64,000 nt of DNA, from positions 160,001 to 224,000 of the forward strand of contig JBFIHX010000004.1 of assembly GCA_041601615.1 (NCBI GenBank), given 5' to 3'. Positions 1 to 10,782 of the stretch are shown piece by piece. The translations under genes and the position numbers were made by a program. How positions within the stretch are numbered: the first letter of the stretch is position 1; each line of letters opens with the position of its first letter. The notes beneath the pieces were generated by a model. It saw only the letters and a list, made by a program, of their open reading frames with translations. It was not told where the DNA came from and did no database searches. The stretch comes from Thermoplasmatota archaeon. GTDB lineage: Archaea; Thermoplasmatota; E2; JACPAO01; JAHFTW01.

Positions 1-2496
1 GAAGGCGAATCAGATGTGGTGTTCGTGGGTGACGCGGTTTCCCTGCACGCCACTCCCGTCCTCGAAAACGCCTCCTACCAGTGGCTTGTGGACGGCGTCA
101 TCCTAGAAGGCCCGATCATGGTGGCAATCCTTCCCGAGGGCAGCTATCTGATTCTGTTGAAGGCCACGCTTGGCAACACCACGCAAGAGGCCAACACCAC
201 CATCCAAGTCGTGCCGGCACCACCCGATTCTACACCGGACCCCGACGACCCGAGCAACGAAGGCGGCGACTCCTCGGACCCAGGAACGGGGGGCGGCGGC
301 TCAGGCGGCGGCTCCGGCAGCGGCTCCGGCGGTGGCTCTGATTCGGGCTCCTCCGACGAGCCCTGCACGTTCCCGGAAGGCTCCGTGCGCTTCGTGGGCA
401 AAGACAACGAATTCACCATCAGCTACCCCTGGACGTGCCAACCGGATTCCTGGGAATGGGACCTAGGCGACGGCACCACCAGCCGCCTTGCCTCCGTGCA
501 CCACGTCTACGCCCGCGACCAAACCTACACCGTGACCCTGCGCATCGTCCACGACGGCGAAACGCTCGTTCGCACCGGCACCCTCAGTGTCACCAACGTC
601 CCCCTGCGCATCCGTGCCACCCTAGCAGAAGACACCGCCACGTTCTCCCTCACCTGGGGCCGCGACGTAGAATCCGTTGTATGGGACTTTGGAGACGGCA
701 CCACCAGCACCGACCTCGCACCGAGCCATACCTTCGAAAGCGTCGGCCCATGGACCGTCAACGCCCAAGCCAAAGCCAGCGACGGCACCAGCGCCAGTAC
801 CCAGAAGGAGGTCTACCTTGACGGGTTCCCCCTCGTCATCAGCTTCGACGTGGACAAAGACACCACCACGTTCGACTACGAATGGGGCTGGCTTCCCGAC
901 TCCATCCTCTGGACCTTCGCGCACGACCAAAGCACCAGCGTCGAGCCCAAACCCGTGGTCCAGTACACCGAACCCGGCACCTACGAAGCCCGCCTTGAAA
1001 TCCGCGGCGAAGGACGCACGGCTACCACAGTAGCCACTGTCACGATTGAGGAAGTGCCCATTCGCATCGAGGCGGACCAAGACAAGAACGTCGTCACGTT
1101 CACCCCCGTTTGGTACGGCGAATTGACCAACCTCTACTGGAACTTCGGCGACGGCTTCACCAGCACCAACGAGATTCCCACGCACGCCTTCCTTGGCTAC
1201 GGCGACTTCACCATCCAAGTCAGCGCCACCGGCGACGGCGTGGGCCAAACCTCCAAACCAGTCACCGTCACCATCACCGAGATTCCACTCACCATCTCAG
1301 GGACCCTCGACGAAGACAATGTCTGGAACGCCTTCACCCTCTGGGCTCCCGCCACCTCCACCACCTGGGATTTTGGAGACGGATCCACCGGCACCGGCGA
1401 AATGGTGGCGCACGAATACAAGAAAAAAGGCACCTACACCGTCCAAGCAACCGCCACAGACGGCACCCACACCGAATCCGCCACCTACACCCTCGAAGTC
1501 CCCACCGGCATCATGCCCGACTGGGGCGACGCGGACTCGGCAGCGGTTCGTCCAGGCACCCAGATGCAGTCAGGCGACCAACAATGCACCGCCGCATTCT
1601 TGCTGCACGATGCTGCAAGTCGCTTCTTCATCGCCACAGCAGCCCACTGCGTCGGCACGGCCGGCGGCCCCGGCGGCGCTCCCAGCACCGACTGCACCGA
1701 AAACGTCTCCGAGCCACTTGGAACCAAGGCCACCTTCGACGACTGGAGCACAGGCAGCAGTGCCGTGGAAGCGACCCTCGCATACTCCTCCTGGTACACC
1801 ATGGTCGACAAAGGCATCACGGACCCGGATACCTGCGCTCTCAACGATTTTGCCATGTTCGAGATCAAGGACGCGGATCTTTCCAAGGTCCACCCCGCCG
1901 TGGTGTACTTTGGCGGCCCCCTGGACAGCGCCGCCGCAGGCACCAGGACCGCCGACGAGGAAGTGCGTGGCTACGGAGCAAGCAGCACACGCAACCGCGG
2001 TGCGGTGCAAGAAAATCACGCAACCAACGCAAAGGGCGGCGTGTACCTCTCCTACGAAGGCGGTTGGCACCACACGGTCCGCTTCGACAACCCCGCGATT
2101 CCCGGCGACAGCGGCGGCCCGCTTCTCACGGCAACGGGAGACGCACTCGGCGTTCTAAGCACCATCCAGATCTTCCCCAACGTGGGCGAAAACGGCTACA
2201 CCGACCTTGCCAAAGCACTGGAATGGATGAGCGCCAACACCGACCTTCAAGCGGAAGTGGTACCCTGGGACGAATGGGACCCGACCCTCGCCTCGACCGA
2301 ACCGAACGACTCGTGCATCCTGCTCTTTTGCCCCAGCGACAACGACCCGCCCCTCGGCTCTGGCTCCAGCACCAGTGCCAGTGCCCAAACAAGCGCCGCG
2401 CAAGGACCCCTCCTCGGCCCTGACTTGCTGCACAACCCCCTCTCCTTTCCACACCCATTCCCACGCGCCTCTGCCGCTGCCCCTTCCCTCCCGTGA
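1..2496 (+). CDS. Multi-PKD-domain secreted S1 (trypsin-like) serine protease, 5'-partial
   Basis: Frame open from window start. About 5 PKD repeats (WDLGDG, WDFGDG, WNFGDG), Gly/Ser linker, catalytic motifs TAAHC, NDFAM and GDSGGP. Confidence 0.85.
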   Translation, partial: EGESDVVFVGDAVSLHATPVLENASYQWLVDGVILEGPIMVAILPEGSYLILLKATLGNTTQEANTTIQVVPAPPDSTPDPDDPSNEGGDSSDPGTGGGGSGGGSGSGSGGGSDSGSSDEPCTFPEGSVRFVGKDNEFTISYPWTCQPDSWEWDLGDGTTSRLASVHHVYARDQTYTVTLRIVHDGETLVRTGTLSVTNVPLRIRATLAEDTATFSLTWGRDVESVVWDFGDGTTSTDLAPSHTFESVGPWTVNAQAKASDGTSASTQKEVYLDGFPLVISFDVDKDTTTFDYEWGWLPDSILWTFAHDQSTSVEPKPVVQYTEPGTYEARLEIRGEGRTATTVATVTIEEVPIRIEADQDKNVVTFTPVWYGELTNLYWNFGDGFTSTNEIPTHAFLGYGDFTIQVSATGDGVGQTSKPVTVTITEIPLTISGTLDEDNVWNAFTLWAPATSTTWDFGDGSTGTGEMVAHEYKKKGTYTVQATATDGTHTESATYTLEVPTGIMPDWGDADSAAVRPGTQMQSGDQQCTAAFLLHDAASRFFIATAAHCVGTAGGPGGAPSTDCTENVSEPLGTKATFDDWSTGSSAVEATLAYSSWYTMVDKGITDPDTCALNDFAMFEIKDADLSKVHPAVVYFGGPLDSAAAGTRTADEEVRGYGASSTRNRGAVQENHATNAKGGVYLSYEGGWHHTVRFDNPAIPGDSGGPLLTATGDALGVLSTIQIFPNVGENGYTDLAKALEWMSANTDLQAEVVPWDEWDPTLASTEPNDSCILLFCPSDNDPPLGSGSSTSASAQTSAAQGPLLGPDLLHNPLSFPHPFPRASAAAPSLP

Positions 2497-2503
2497 TTCC
2501 ACC

Positions 2504-4288
2504 ATGCACCGATCCAGCCTCGCGCTCACCCTCCTGCTCCTGCTTCCCGCCCTCTCCGGCTGCATCGGCAACCAAGCAACCCAAGCCGAACCGGACGAAA
2601 CCCCGCCTCCCCACCCACTCTCCGCATCCACCTTCACCTGGGACCCGTTCTTTCCCAGCGTGGGCACCTCCGTTCGCTTCGAACCGAGCATCCAAAGCAG
2701 CATCAGCGGCGACGCACTTCGCGGCTTGAAATGGACCATGGAGGGCACCACCTACACCGACAGCCGACCCATCCACGCCTTCAGCCGCGCCGGAGCACAA
2801 GACGTGACGCTCGTCATCCAAACCGAACAAGGCGGCCGATACGAAGTGCACCAAACCGTGGATGTGACGGACGCAGCGGGCCGAGTTCCAGCTTCCCCGG
2901 ACCCCGCGACCGATCCCACCACCCAACCCCGCCAAACCGCACCCATCATCTCTTGGAACCTAACCCAGAGCACGGCACAGTTTCAATTCAGATTCTCAGG
3001 CAATCCCGAACAAATCCTCTGGGACTTTGGCGACGGCACAAGAAGCACCGAAGCCGCGCCCAACCACACCTACACCTCCATCGGCGACTTCACAGTCAAC
3101 CTGCGATTGCTCACCAACACCGGCGTCGCAACTGCCAGCACCAACCTCACCATTGACGAAGTGCCCTACCTGCCCCACGTCCTCGTAGCCGTCCCCGACA
3201 CCGGAATCAATCCGTACCACGAGTCGTTCCGTCGCCCCGCACTGCGATCACACCCCTGCACCTACATCCGCGACTTTCCCTGCGACATCCCCGCCCTAGA
3301 ACTGACCCTAGACGCAGCCGATTGGCAAACAGCATTCCAAGCAGACAAAGCCAAGTGGCAAGCCATCAAGCCCGGCGACTGGTACTGGATTCCAGGCACC
3401 GTCTTCGTCGCCGTTCACTGTGACGGGGCCTATCTTGCGGAGGACGGCAACCTCTGCATCCTCGACGACACCCACATGCACGGCACCGGCACCGTAAGCA
3501 GCGTGCTCATGGAAAACCCAGCCGCACTCATCGCCTTCAAGGAATACGACCCCGACATCTCCACATTCTCCAGCCGCGGCATCCCCGTGGACGTCTACAG
3601 CGTAAGTTGGGGCGCATCAGCGCCAGTCGCTGGTACGGGCTGGACACCCGCCTTCCCCGCCGGCACCTGCCCCTGGGACGTTCCCGACCAAACCATATAC
3701 GTCAAGTCAAGCGGCAACGAACCCGGCCTCACCGTCCTTGCCGATTGCTGGAGCGGCAACCCCCGCGCCATCAGCGTCGGAGGCGCCTACGCGGCAGACC
3801 GCAGCCAAGAACCACTCGCGTACAAAGACATGGATGTGGTCAGCTACTTCTGCCGACCCACCGCACAAACCAAGAGCCTCGACCAGCAACGACAATCCTA
3901 CTGCGGCACAAGCTTTGCCGCACCCACTGTCGCCGGAGCCCTTTCCAAAGTAGTGCTCGGCTTGCGCCAATCCAGCGGCTACACCGGCACCACAGTCAAC
4001 GGAGTCGTGGACCCCATCCTGGGCATCACCGTCGCTGACATTCGCGACGCCATGGAGCGCACAGCCAGCTTCAACCCCCAAGCAGAGTACCCGAACAACT
4101 GCTTCTACTGCCCCCCGGCCAATCCCGTAGCACCCTGGCTGCAATGGGGCTGGGGCTTCTACGACGGTCGCGTGGCCGAAACAACATTGGCTGACCTGCT
4201 CGGCACCGCCGACGGGGGCGACAAGTCCTCCGAGGCCCGCACCTACTTGGAGACCCAATACGAGATTCGCAAGACCCTGTACGGCTAG
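2504..4288 (+). CDS. Lipoprotein: PKD domains + S8 subtilisin-like peptidase
   Basis: Lipobox LSGC after hydrophobic signal (ATG 2504); WDFGDG PKD; S8 motifs VAVPDTGI, HGTGTVS, SGN, GTSFAAP. Confidence 0.85.
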   Translation: MHRSSLALTLLLLLPALSGCIGNQATQAEPDETPPPHPLSASTFTWDPFFPSVGTSVRFEPSIQSSISGDALRGLKWTMEGTTYTDSRPIHAFSRAGAQDVTLVIQTEQGGRYEVHQTVDVTDAAGRVPASPDPATDPTTQPRQTAPIISWNLTQSTAQFQFRFSGNPEQILWDFGDGTRSTEAAPNHTYTSIGDFTVNLRLLTNTGVATASTNLTIDEVPYLPHVLVAVPDTGINPYHESFRRPALRSHPCTYIRDFPCDIPALELTLDAADWQTAFQADKAKWQAIKPGDWYWIPGTVFVAVHCDGAYLAEDGNLCILDDTHMHGTGTVSSVLMENPAALIAFKEYDPDISTFSSRGIPVDVYSVSWGASAPVAGTGWTPAFPAGTCPWDVPDQTIYVKSSGNEPGLTVLADCWSGNPRAISVGGAYAADRSQEPLAYKDMDVVSYFCRPTAQTKSLDQQRQSYCGTSFAAPTVAGALSKVVLGLRQSSGYTGTTVNGVVDPILGITVADIRDAMERTASFNPQAEYPNNCFYCPPANPVAPWLQWGWGFYDGRVAETTLADLLGTADGGDKSSEARTYLETQYEIRKTLYG

Positions 4289-5445
4289 AGCGCCGAACCA
4301 AGCCGCCGCAGCGACTCTCGAAGCACATCCTCGGACGCCGCGTAGCTGAAGCGCAAGTGACCCTTGCCTCCGTCGCCGAAGGAACTTCCAGGCGTGCCCG
4401 CAACACCCGCTCGTTCGATGAGATCCATGCAGAACTTCTCGTCCCCGCCCGCCGCTTCCGCTTGCTCAAAGTGCGGGAAAACGTAGAACGCCCCGGCCGG
4501 CACCTCACACGAGACCCCAGGAAGCGCCCGCAGCCCCTCGACCATCAAGTCGCGGCGGGCACGAAACACCTCGCGCATCTCTTCGACGCTGTCTTGGGGC
4601 CCATTCAATGCCGCCACGGCACCGTACTGCGCAAAACTGGTGCAATGCGTGACACTGTGGCTTTGGAGCTTGTTCAGTTGCTTGAACACAGGCTCCGGCG
4701 CCACCGCCCAACCCATGCGCCAACCCGTCATGGCAAACGACTTCGACAAACCATCAATGGTCACCGTGCGCTCCCAACCACCATCCACGGCGGCTGCACT
4801 CGCGTGTTCGCCTTCGTACTGGAGCCGCTGGTAGATCTCGTCGCTGATGATCCACAAATCATGATCCTCGGCCAATTCCACAATACCCCGCACGTCCTCG
4901 GGCGTATTGACGCCGCCCGTTGGATTGCTGGGACTGTTGAGGAGAACCACGCGGCTCTTGGAAGTGATTTTTTCTGCCACTGCGTCCGGAGTCATCCGGA
5001 ACCGATCCGAACTGTCCAACGGAACCGGAACGGCCGTCGCATGTGCCCACTCCGTAATCGGCGCGTAGCTCACCCACGCAGGATCCGGCAGCAGGACCTC
5101 GTCGCCCTTGTCTGCCAGGGCCAAAATCGACATCATGACCGCTTGTTTCGTCGGAGTCGCCAGCACATTGCTAGCCTCGCACGGAATTCCATTCAGGTCC
5201 CGATGGAACCGCGCCACCGCCTCGCGCAGCTCCGGAATGCCCGGCCCCGGCGTGTAATGCGTGTGGCCCGCATCCAATGCCGCCTTGGCAGCCTCCCGCA
5301 CGTGCTCGGGCGTACCAAAATCAGGCTCGCCCAGGCCCAGGCTCAGGATGTCCGCGCCCTCACGGCGCTTCTGGGCCACGAGGTTGCTGATGGCAACAGT
5401 GGCACTCCCGACGATGCGGTCCATGCGAGCGGCAAATGCGGGCAC
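4285..5445 (-). CDS. PLP-dependent class I/II (aspartate-type) aminotransferase
   Basis: GEPDF, NSPSNPTG, SDEIY, SKSFAMTGWRMG motifs. Start (GTG 5445) uncertain. Confidence 0.92.
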   Translation of the reverse strand: MPAFAARMDRIVGSATVAISNLVAQKRREGADILSLGLGEPDFGTPEHVREAAKAALDAGHTHYTPGPGIPELREAVARFHRDLNGIPCEASNVLATPTKQAVMMSILALADKGDEVLLPDPAWVSYAPITEWAHATAVPVPLDSSDRFRMTPDAVAEKITSKSRVVLLNSPSNPTGGVNTPEDVRGIVELAEDHDLWIISDEIYQRLQYEGEHASAAAVDGGWERTVTIDGLSKSFAMTGWRMGWAVAPEPVFKQLNKLQSHSVTHCTSFAQYGAVAALNGPQDSVEEMREVFRARRDLMVEGLRALPGVSCEVPAGAFYVFPHFEQAEAAGGDEKFCMDLIERAGVAGTPGSSFGDGGKGHLRFSYAASEDVLRESLRRLGSAL

Positions 5446-5531
5446 GAACGGCGCGAGTGCGAGGGGATAGATGCGGGTTGCGCTTGCAGAATGGGGGAAC
5501 CCAGAGGGAAAAATTGGCTGGATGTCGAGTG

Positions 5532-6911
5532 TCAATTCATGACGACGACCAAGCTCCCATCAACCAAGAGCCCCGATTGGCGGCCGGAATGATCGACGCG
5601 CACATGGATTTGGTTGGTTCCAGGCAGAAGATCTAGCGCCACGTTGTCAGAATACTCTATCCCCGTGCTCGAACCACTATGCTGGTACTCGGGGGAGTTT
5701 CCATTGATAGACAGCGCATGGTCGCCGCCGGCCCCCGCGTACACATGCAGGTTTGCTTCCCGGACTGTGCATCTCTCAGGAATCTCAAAGTCGTACACGT
5801 ATTCGATGGGGCTTGGGGATTCGCCAGAGGCAGCGGAGGACTGTTGGACATTGATGGGCCTCGCTGTGACAGAATCTCCGTTTGGCCATGGGCCTCCGGA
5901 TTGCGGCACCCCGCCAGAATCGCCTTGGATGACGACCGCATCGCCGCTTGTGGCGTGTTCGTGCGTCGAAGCAACCCGCCAAACGGAGTCGACGGCACCA
6001 TTCGGGAGCGGGCTTGAGGGGTACTCCGTTTGGTTCATTCCAGTAGACAGGTCAAATTCCAGCACGCGGGGGCACGCGGGCTCTCGAACGGGAGGTTTGT
6101 ACTCTCGACCTGGACAGTCAGAATAGATAACGACAGGTTCGGCCATGTTGAGCCAGAAGTGGTCCTCATGCCCGACGAGGTGGTCAGGGTGCGGGTCGGC
6201 TTGCGGTGCAGAGAGGAAATGCCATTCCTTGATTCCAATATCGAGTTGAAGGTCAGCCCACAAGTTCCAATCGGGGTCGATGATGATCATGGCAAACCCT
6301 TCGGTGAGGCCACGGTGATTGTTCCGGACAGCAAAGGCACCGCCGTCGGTCACATGAGAGAGCCACGACCAGGTGGGGTTGCGGTCTGCAAGGCTGTCAA
6401 AGTCCGGGTCTGATTTCACTGGGTCGTCTTGGACAATCCACCGAATCGGCATTGGAGATGGGTTCGTGGTGACGGGCAAAACACGGATGTTGAAATCGAC
6501 GGAGCCACCGGTCGTATCGCTGTCCTCTCTTGCATCGTGAATGATGCCCACCGAGACGAGTTCGGTGGTCGGGTCACTATACAGGTACAGCACGCTCGTG
6601 TCTTGCTCCTGAATGGATGCGTGCGACCTAGAGGAATAGTAATCATAAAAACTTGCGGCGTCCTTGCCATCCACCGTTATTGGACGAACTTGCACCATTT
6701 TGTCGCTTTGTACGACTGTATATTTGCATTTACTTGAGGCCATTGGGAGTATATTGTGGGAGTCCCCAGAGGAATGCAGGTCTTGTCGGGCGCCCACATC
6801 TTGTTGACCTGCGCAGCCCGAAAGTGCCAGTGTCGTAATCAGGACTACCGAAGCAGCGACGAGCGTTTTATTATTACGAACCATATTGATTTTGCCCCTA
6901 TGATTGGCCAT
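5532..6911 (-). CDS. Hypothetical lipoprotein with C-terminal beta-sandwich-like domain
   Basis: 459-aa ORF, lipobox LSGC, visibly lower GC than flanks. Confidence 0.7.
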   Translation of the reverse strand: MANHRGKINMVRNNKTLVAASVVLITTLALSGCAGQQDVGARQDLHSSGDSHNILPMASSKCKYTVVQSDKMVQVRPITVDGKDAASFYDYYSSRSHASIQEQDTSVLYLYSDPTTELVSVGIIHDAREDSDTTGGSVDFNIRVLPVTTNPSPMPIRWIVQDDPVKSDPDFDSLADRNPTWSWLSHVTDGGAFAVRNNHRGLTEGFAMIIIDPDWNLWADLQLDIGIKEWHFLSAPQADPHPDHLVGHEDHFWLNMAEPVVIYSDCPGREYKPPVREPACPRVLEFDLSTGMNQTEYPSSPLPNGAVDSVWRVASTHEHATSGDAVVIQGDSGGVPQSGGPWPNGDSVTARPINVQQSSAASGESPSPIEYVYDFEIPERCTVREANLHVYAGAGGDHALSINGNSPEYQHSGSSTGIEYSDNVALDLLPGTNQIHVRVDHSGRQSGLLVDGSLVVVMN

Positions 6912-6949
6912 GTCTGATAGCTATGGCCCCGTGAGATTGTACTATGTCA

Positions 6950-7025
6950 AAGAATGATTATAATCTTGTCGGATTACGCGCATTTATTAAATGAAAAGCT
7001 CATCAATGATTAATTAATTAACATG
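6950..7025. promoter_or_regulatory. AT-rich promoter/operator region with short palindromes
   Basis: GATTATAATC (6956-6965), CATTTA-T-TAAATG (6981-6993) and TTAATTAATTAA (7010-7021), between divergent genes. Confidence 0.5.
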
Positions 7026-7152
7026 GGAGTCAGGCGCTCACAATTTCAGATTCCTGCCAACGCCCCACAGGCAACCTAGCTAGGCAAGCACGCCGCCCAA
7101 CCCTGACCCCGGACCCAAACCGCCATCAATTGCCAACCCCCATGTCCGAATC

Positions 7153-7671
7153 ATGAGCGGCATCGCCGGCATCAGCGACGGCAACACCGGACCCACCACG
7201 GGCACCACCGCGCGGCCGGGCCTTGCAGACATCAAATGGGGCGCCAAAGGCCCCGGCTCCCGCTTGGAAGCACCCCCGAAGCGACCCGACGGCGTGCCCC
7301 CCACCTTCGTGGTCTTCAAGACCGAATCCTGTCCGTTTTGCCACCAGACCATGGATTTTCTGAAAGCCCTGCATGATCAGCGCGGCGATTTCCAAGTCGC
7401 AGCCGTGGACGCCACCGACCAACGCGATGAGTTTCGCAAGGTCTCCGGCTACACCCGCCGCACCACCGTGCCGCAGATCTTCCTAGACGGTCGATTCGTG
7501 GGCGGCTGGGACGATCTTGCCCGTGCTGCCAAAAAAGGCCACCTGGATTCCTATCTAGATGGCAAGGAATGGGGCGTCAGCAATCCTGAGGCAGAGGCAA
7601 CACAAGCGCCCAAGTGGGCCTTCTGGCGCAAGCGCCAATCCCCTGCCAATTCCAGCATCGTTCAGGAGTAA
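7153..7671 (+). CDS. Glutaredoxin-family protein
   Basis: CPFC active site, TVPQIF cis-Pro motif, GGWDDL. Confidence 0.85.
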   Translation: MSGIAGISDGNTGPTTGTTARPGLADIKWGAKGPGSRLEAPPKRPDGVPPTFVVFKTESCPFCHQTMDFLKALHDQRGDFQVAAVDATDQRDEFRKVSGYTRRTTVPQIFLDGRFVGGWDDLARAAKKGHLDSYLDGKEWGVSNPEAEATQAPKWAFWRKRQSPANSSIVQE

Positions 7672-7733
7672 AGAGGGAGCGAAAAAGCGGGAAAAGAAAG
7701 CCGTGGGGGGACGATCGGCGCCGACGTGAACGC

Positions 7734-8150
7734 CTATAGGCCGAGGGCAACAGCCAGAGCGTGCGTGTCGGTGAAGTTCTGCATGTGCGAGATGCGGCCG
7801 TTCTTGAACTGCATCACATGGCAGAATGGCACCTCCAGGCGCTTGCCAGTCGACGGGACCTTGCGCGACGAGAAGTGCCCGGTGGTGATGACGGCGTCGC
7901 CTGCGTTGAAGAAGTGGCTCGGCTGCGCCTTCAAGTCGCCATAGGTGTTTTCGATCGTGCCGAACACCATTTGTCGAACGTTCTTGGCGCCCTTGTGGGT
8001 GCCGGCCTCGGGCAGTCCCTTCAGGTCGGGCTCCACCCAGACCACGTCGGGGGCCAGGAGGTCGTTGACAATGGTGTCGATGTCACCGCGTTCGAACATG
8101 GCGTAGCATTCCTTGGCGATCTCGAGGTTGCTTGCGAGGGCTTGTGTCAT
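7734..8150 (-). CDS. NTF2-like / SnoaL-like protein
   Basis: YAMFERGDI...APDVVW...G.H.G...FCHVMQFKNGRI...DT pattern. Confidence 0.85.
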   Translation of the reverse strand: MTQALASNLEIAKECYAMFERGDIDTIVNDLLAPDVVWVEPDLKGLPEAGTHKGAKNVRQMVFGTIENTYGDLKAQPSHFFNAGDAVITTGHFSSRKVPSTGKRLEVPFCHVMQFKNGRISHMQNFTDTHALAVALGL

Positions 8151-8297
8151 GGGTTGCACTCCGCACGGCTTCATTCCGTGCACATAGAGCCAGCAAGACG
8201 GGAAGGGAGTGGTTGTCGGAATTTAGCGGCGCAGCAGAAAGAATGGGGTGCCGAACAGCCATGCGCTGCCCCGGCCCCCGATCAAACCAAACCCACC

Positions 8298-8364
8298 GCA
8301 GGCTCGTAGTCCGCCTGCAAAGGGATCGATCAATTTGGGCGGCGCTCGCTACGCTAAGCCGCCC
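8298..8364. repeat. Intergenic hairpins, REP-like (possible terminator)
   Basis: GCAGGC/GCCTGC and GGGCGGC/GCCGCCC stems; the second loop contains CTCGCTACGCT. Confidence 0.45.
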
Positions 8365-8402
8365 TGACAGGGACCGTAGTTGAAGCAATACCAAGGCCGA
8401 AC

Positions 8403-10097
8403 CTAGAATACAGCCGGTTCCCTGTATTCACCGTACACATCCACCATGGCCACGCGAATCTCACCCAGGGTCGCGTAGGCGCGGCTGGCGTCCACAAGCA
8501 GCGGCATGAGGTTTTGACGGTCGGCGCCGGTCAACTCGCAGGCGGATTGGAGCTTGTTGAGCGCGGTTTCGACAGCCTTGTTGTCGCGGGTCTTGCCGGC
8601 CTTGAGGTCCGCAAGCTCGCCGATTTGGCGCCGTTCGCCTTCCTCGTCGATCTTGAGGATGTCCATGTACGGCTCCTCTTCCATGCGGTACTTGTTGAGG
8701 CCGACGATGACGCGCTCGTTGCGCTCCACCGACTTTTGGTACTTGTAGGCCGCATCGGCGATTTCTCGTTGGAAAAAGCCGTTCTCGATGCCACGGACGA
8801 TGCCGCCGAGTGCGTCGATGCGTCGGAAGTATTCGTTGGCGTCCTCTTCCATTTCGTTGGTGAGGGTTTCGAGGTAGTAGGAGCCGCCCAAGGGGTCGAT
8901 GGTGTTGGCAACACCCGATTCTTGCGCGATGATTTGCTGGGTGCGCAAGGCAATGCGGACCGCCTTCTCCGTGGGAAGCGCTAGGGCTTCGTCGAAGGAG
9001 TTGGTGTGCAGGCTCTGGGTGCCGCCGAGGACGGCGGCCATCGCTTGCAGGGCGACGCGCACGATGTTGTTCTCCGGTTGCTCCCGGGTGCAGGTCATCC
9101 CGGCGGTTTGGGTGTGGAACCGCAGCAGCCAGGAGCGTGGGTCCTTGGCGCCGATGTCGTCGCGCATGAATTTGGACCAGATGCGGCGGGCGGCGCGGAA
9201 CTTGGCGATTTCTTCAAAGAAGTCGTTGTGGGCGTTGAAGAAGAATGACAGCCGGGGGGCAAAGTCGTCCACGTTGAGGCCGCGAGCAATACCGCGTCGA
9301 ACGTAGTCCATGCCGTTTGCCAGCGTGAACGCGAGTTCCTGGACCGCCGTGCTGCCGGCTTCGCGGATGTGGTAGCCGCTGATGCTGACGGTGTTGAAGG
9401 CGGGCGCGTTTTTGCTGCCCCATTCGAAGGTGTCCAGCACCAATTCGATGCTGGGTTCAGGCGGGAAGATGAACATTTTCTGGGCTTGGTATTCCTTGAG
9501 AATGTCATTCTGGATGGTTCCGCGCACGGAGGGGAACGGCACGCCTTGTTCGGCGGCGGCACCCATGAACATCGCCCAGACCATGGGGGCCGGGCCGTTG
9601 ATGGTCATGCTTACGGAAACATCCGATAGGGGTATGCCCGCAAACAGGCGCTCCATGTCCTTTTGACTGTCAATCGCAACGCCGACCTTGCCCACTTCAC
9701 CCTCTGCAAAGTGGTGGTCAGAATCGAAGCCTTGCAGCGTCGGGAAATCGAACGCCGTGGAGAGGCCCGTTTGGCCTTGGCTTAGAAGGTACTTGAAGCG
9801 CTCATTGGTCTCGGCGGCGGTGCCAAAGCCCGCAAATTGCCGCATGGTCCAGAGGCGACCCCGGTACATGGTGGAGTGCACGCCGCGCGTAAACGGCGGC
9901 TCGCCAGGGAAGCCCAAGTCGCGTTCGGCGTCGAATCCGGCGGCGGCAAGGTCGTCCGGGCCATAGAGGCGGCGCACCTCGTTGTCCGAGAGGTTCAGGA
10001 GCCGTTCCCGGCGCTCTGGGTGGCGGTCGAGCGCCTTCTTGAGGGTGCCGTTCTCCCACGCGTCGCGGCCGGTTGCGGGGACGGTTTCGGGGGTCAT
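8403..10097 (-). CDS. Methylmalonyl-CoA mutase family, large (substrate-binding) subunit
   Basis: [56 protein letters not shown]; no B12-binding domain. Confidence 0.95.
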   Translation of the reverse strand: MTPETVPATGRDAWENGTLKKALDRHPERRERLLNLSDNEVRRLYGPDDLAAAGFDAERDLGFPGEPPFTRGVHSTMYRGRLWTMRQFAGFGTAAETNERFKYLLSQGQTGLSTAFDFPTLQGFDSDHHFAEGEVGKVGVAIDSQKDMERLFAGIPLSDVSVSMTINGPAPMVWAMFMGAAAEQGVPFPSVRGTIQNDILKEYQAQKMFIFPPEPSIELVLDTFEWGSKNAPAFNTVSISGYHIREAGSTAVQELAFTLANGMDYVRRGIARGLNVDDFAPRLSFFFNAHNDFFEEIAKFRAARRIWSKFMRDDIGAKDPRSWLLRFHTQTAGMTCTREQPENNIVRVALQAMAAVLGGTQSLHTNSFDEALALPTEKAVRIALRTQQIIAQESGVANTIDPLGGSYYLETLTNEMEEDANEYFRRIDALGGIVRGIENGFFQREIADAAYKYQKSVERNERVIVGLNKYRMEEEPYMDILKIDEEGERRQIGELADLKAGKTRDNKAVETALNKLQSACELTGADRQNLMPLLVDASRAYATLGEIRVAMVDVYGEYREPAVF

Positions 10098-10141
10098 GTT
10101 ACGGGTGACGGGGAATTTGTGCTTAAGGGCAAGGGTGTTGG

Positions 10142-10522
10142 CTACGGGGCTTCCAGCTCAAGGCCGGGAATGTGCTGGAAATCCTTCTGATTGTAGGTTG
10201 CAAGTCTTGCGCCAGCCTCCATTGTAGCCGCAGCAATCATGGCGTCCACTACGGGCGCCGGTCGTCCGGCGCGGTCCAATGCTTCCATGAACCTCCCAAA
10301 TCGGGTGGCGGCGCGGGGGCCGAAGGGAACCACGGCGAGTCCCGCAAGCAACCGCCGGCCTTCTGTCAGCCGGCGACCTCGAAGTCCGCGAAGGAGCTCC
10401 GCCATGTTCATGGAGGTCGTTGCAAGCCCTTCGCCTTCCGCATTCCATTGCCTAGTGGCCTCCATTGCGTGTAAATCACGTTCGAGCAAGGCGATGAGGA
10501 TGTCTGTGTCCAGTACAATCAT
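10142..10522 (-). CDS. vapC: VapC PIN-domain toxin
   Basis: LDTDILI...AEL...DAMIAAA...TYNQKDF PIN motifs; overlaps upstream antitoxin. Confidence 0.9.
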   Translation of the reverse strand: MIVLDTDILIALLERDLHAMEATRQWNAEGEGLATTSMNMAELLRGLRGRRLTEGRRLLAGLAVVPFGPRAATRFGRFMEALDRAGRPAPVVDAMIAAATMEAGARLATYNQKDFQHIPGLELEAP

Positions 10523-10749
10523 GGAGTGTACCGGGGGGTCCGGCTCTCTTCGCGGGCCTTGGAGGTCCGGCGCCGAAGTTCGCCGGCTTCTTTGTGCGAT
10601 AGGACGGCGGGAATGGTCGGATCCCAGAGGGCTGCGAGCGCTTCGTCACGTGCCAACCTCCTTGCTACATCCGAGAACGATTCGCCGCCACGCCGCACCG
10701 CTTTGAGCGCCTCGTAGGCGTCGTCCGCAAGGCTGATGGTTTTCGTCAT
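10519..10749 (-). CDS. vapB: VapB-type antitoxin (archaeal DUF217-like)
   Basis: MTKTISLADDAYEALKAVRRGGESFSDVARRL signature; coupled to vapC. Confidence 0.88.
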   Translation of the reverse strand: MTKTISLADDAYEALKAVRRGGESFSDVARRLARDEALAALWDPTIPAVLSHKEAGELRRRTSKAREESRTPRYTP

Positions 10750-10752
10750 GCA

Positions 10753-10772
10753 TCTGTGTATGCATACACAGA
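10753..10772. promoter_or_regulatory. vapBC operator palindrome
   Basis: Perfect 20-bp palindrome TCTGTGTATGCATACACAGA directly upstream of the vapB start. Confidence 0.75.
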
Positions 10773-10782
10773 CATTTGAATT

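Noticed and set aside
286-345. GGCGGCTCC-type tandem repeat
   Set aside because: Simply encodes a Gly/Ser linker.
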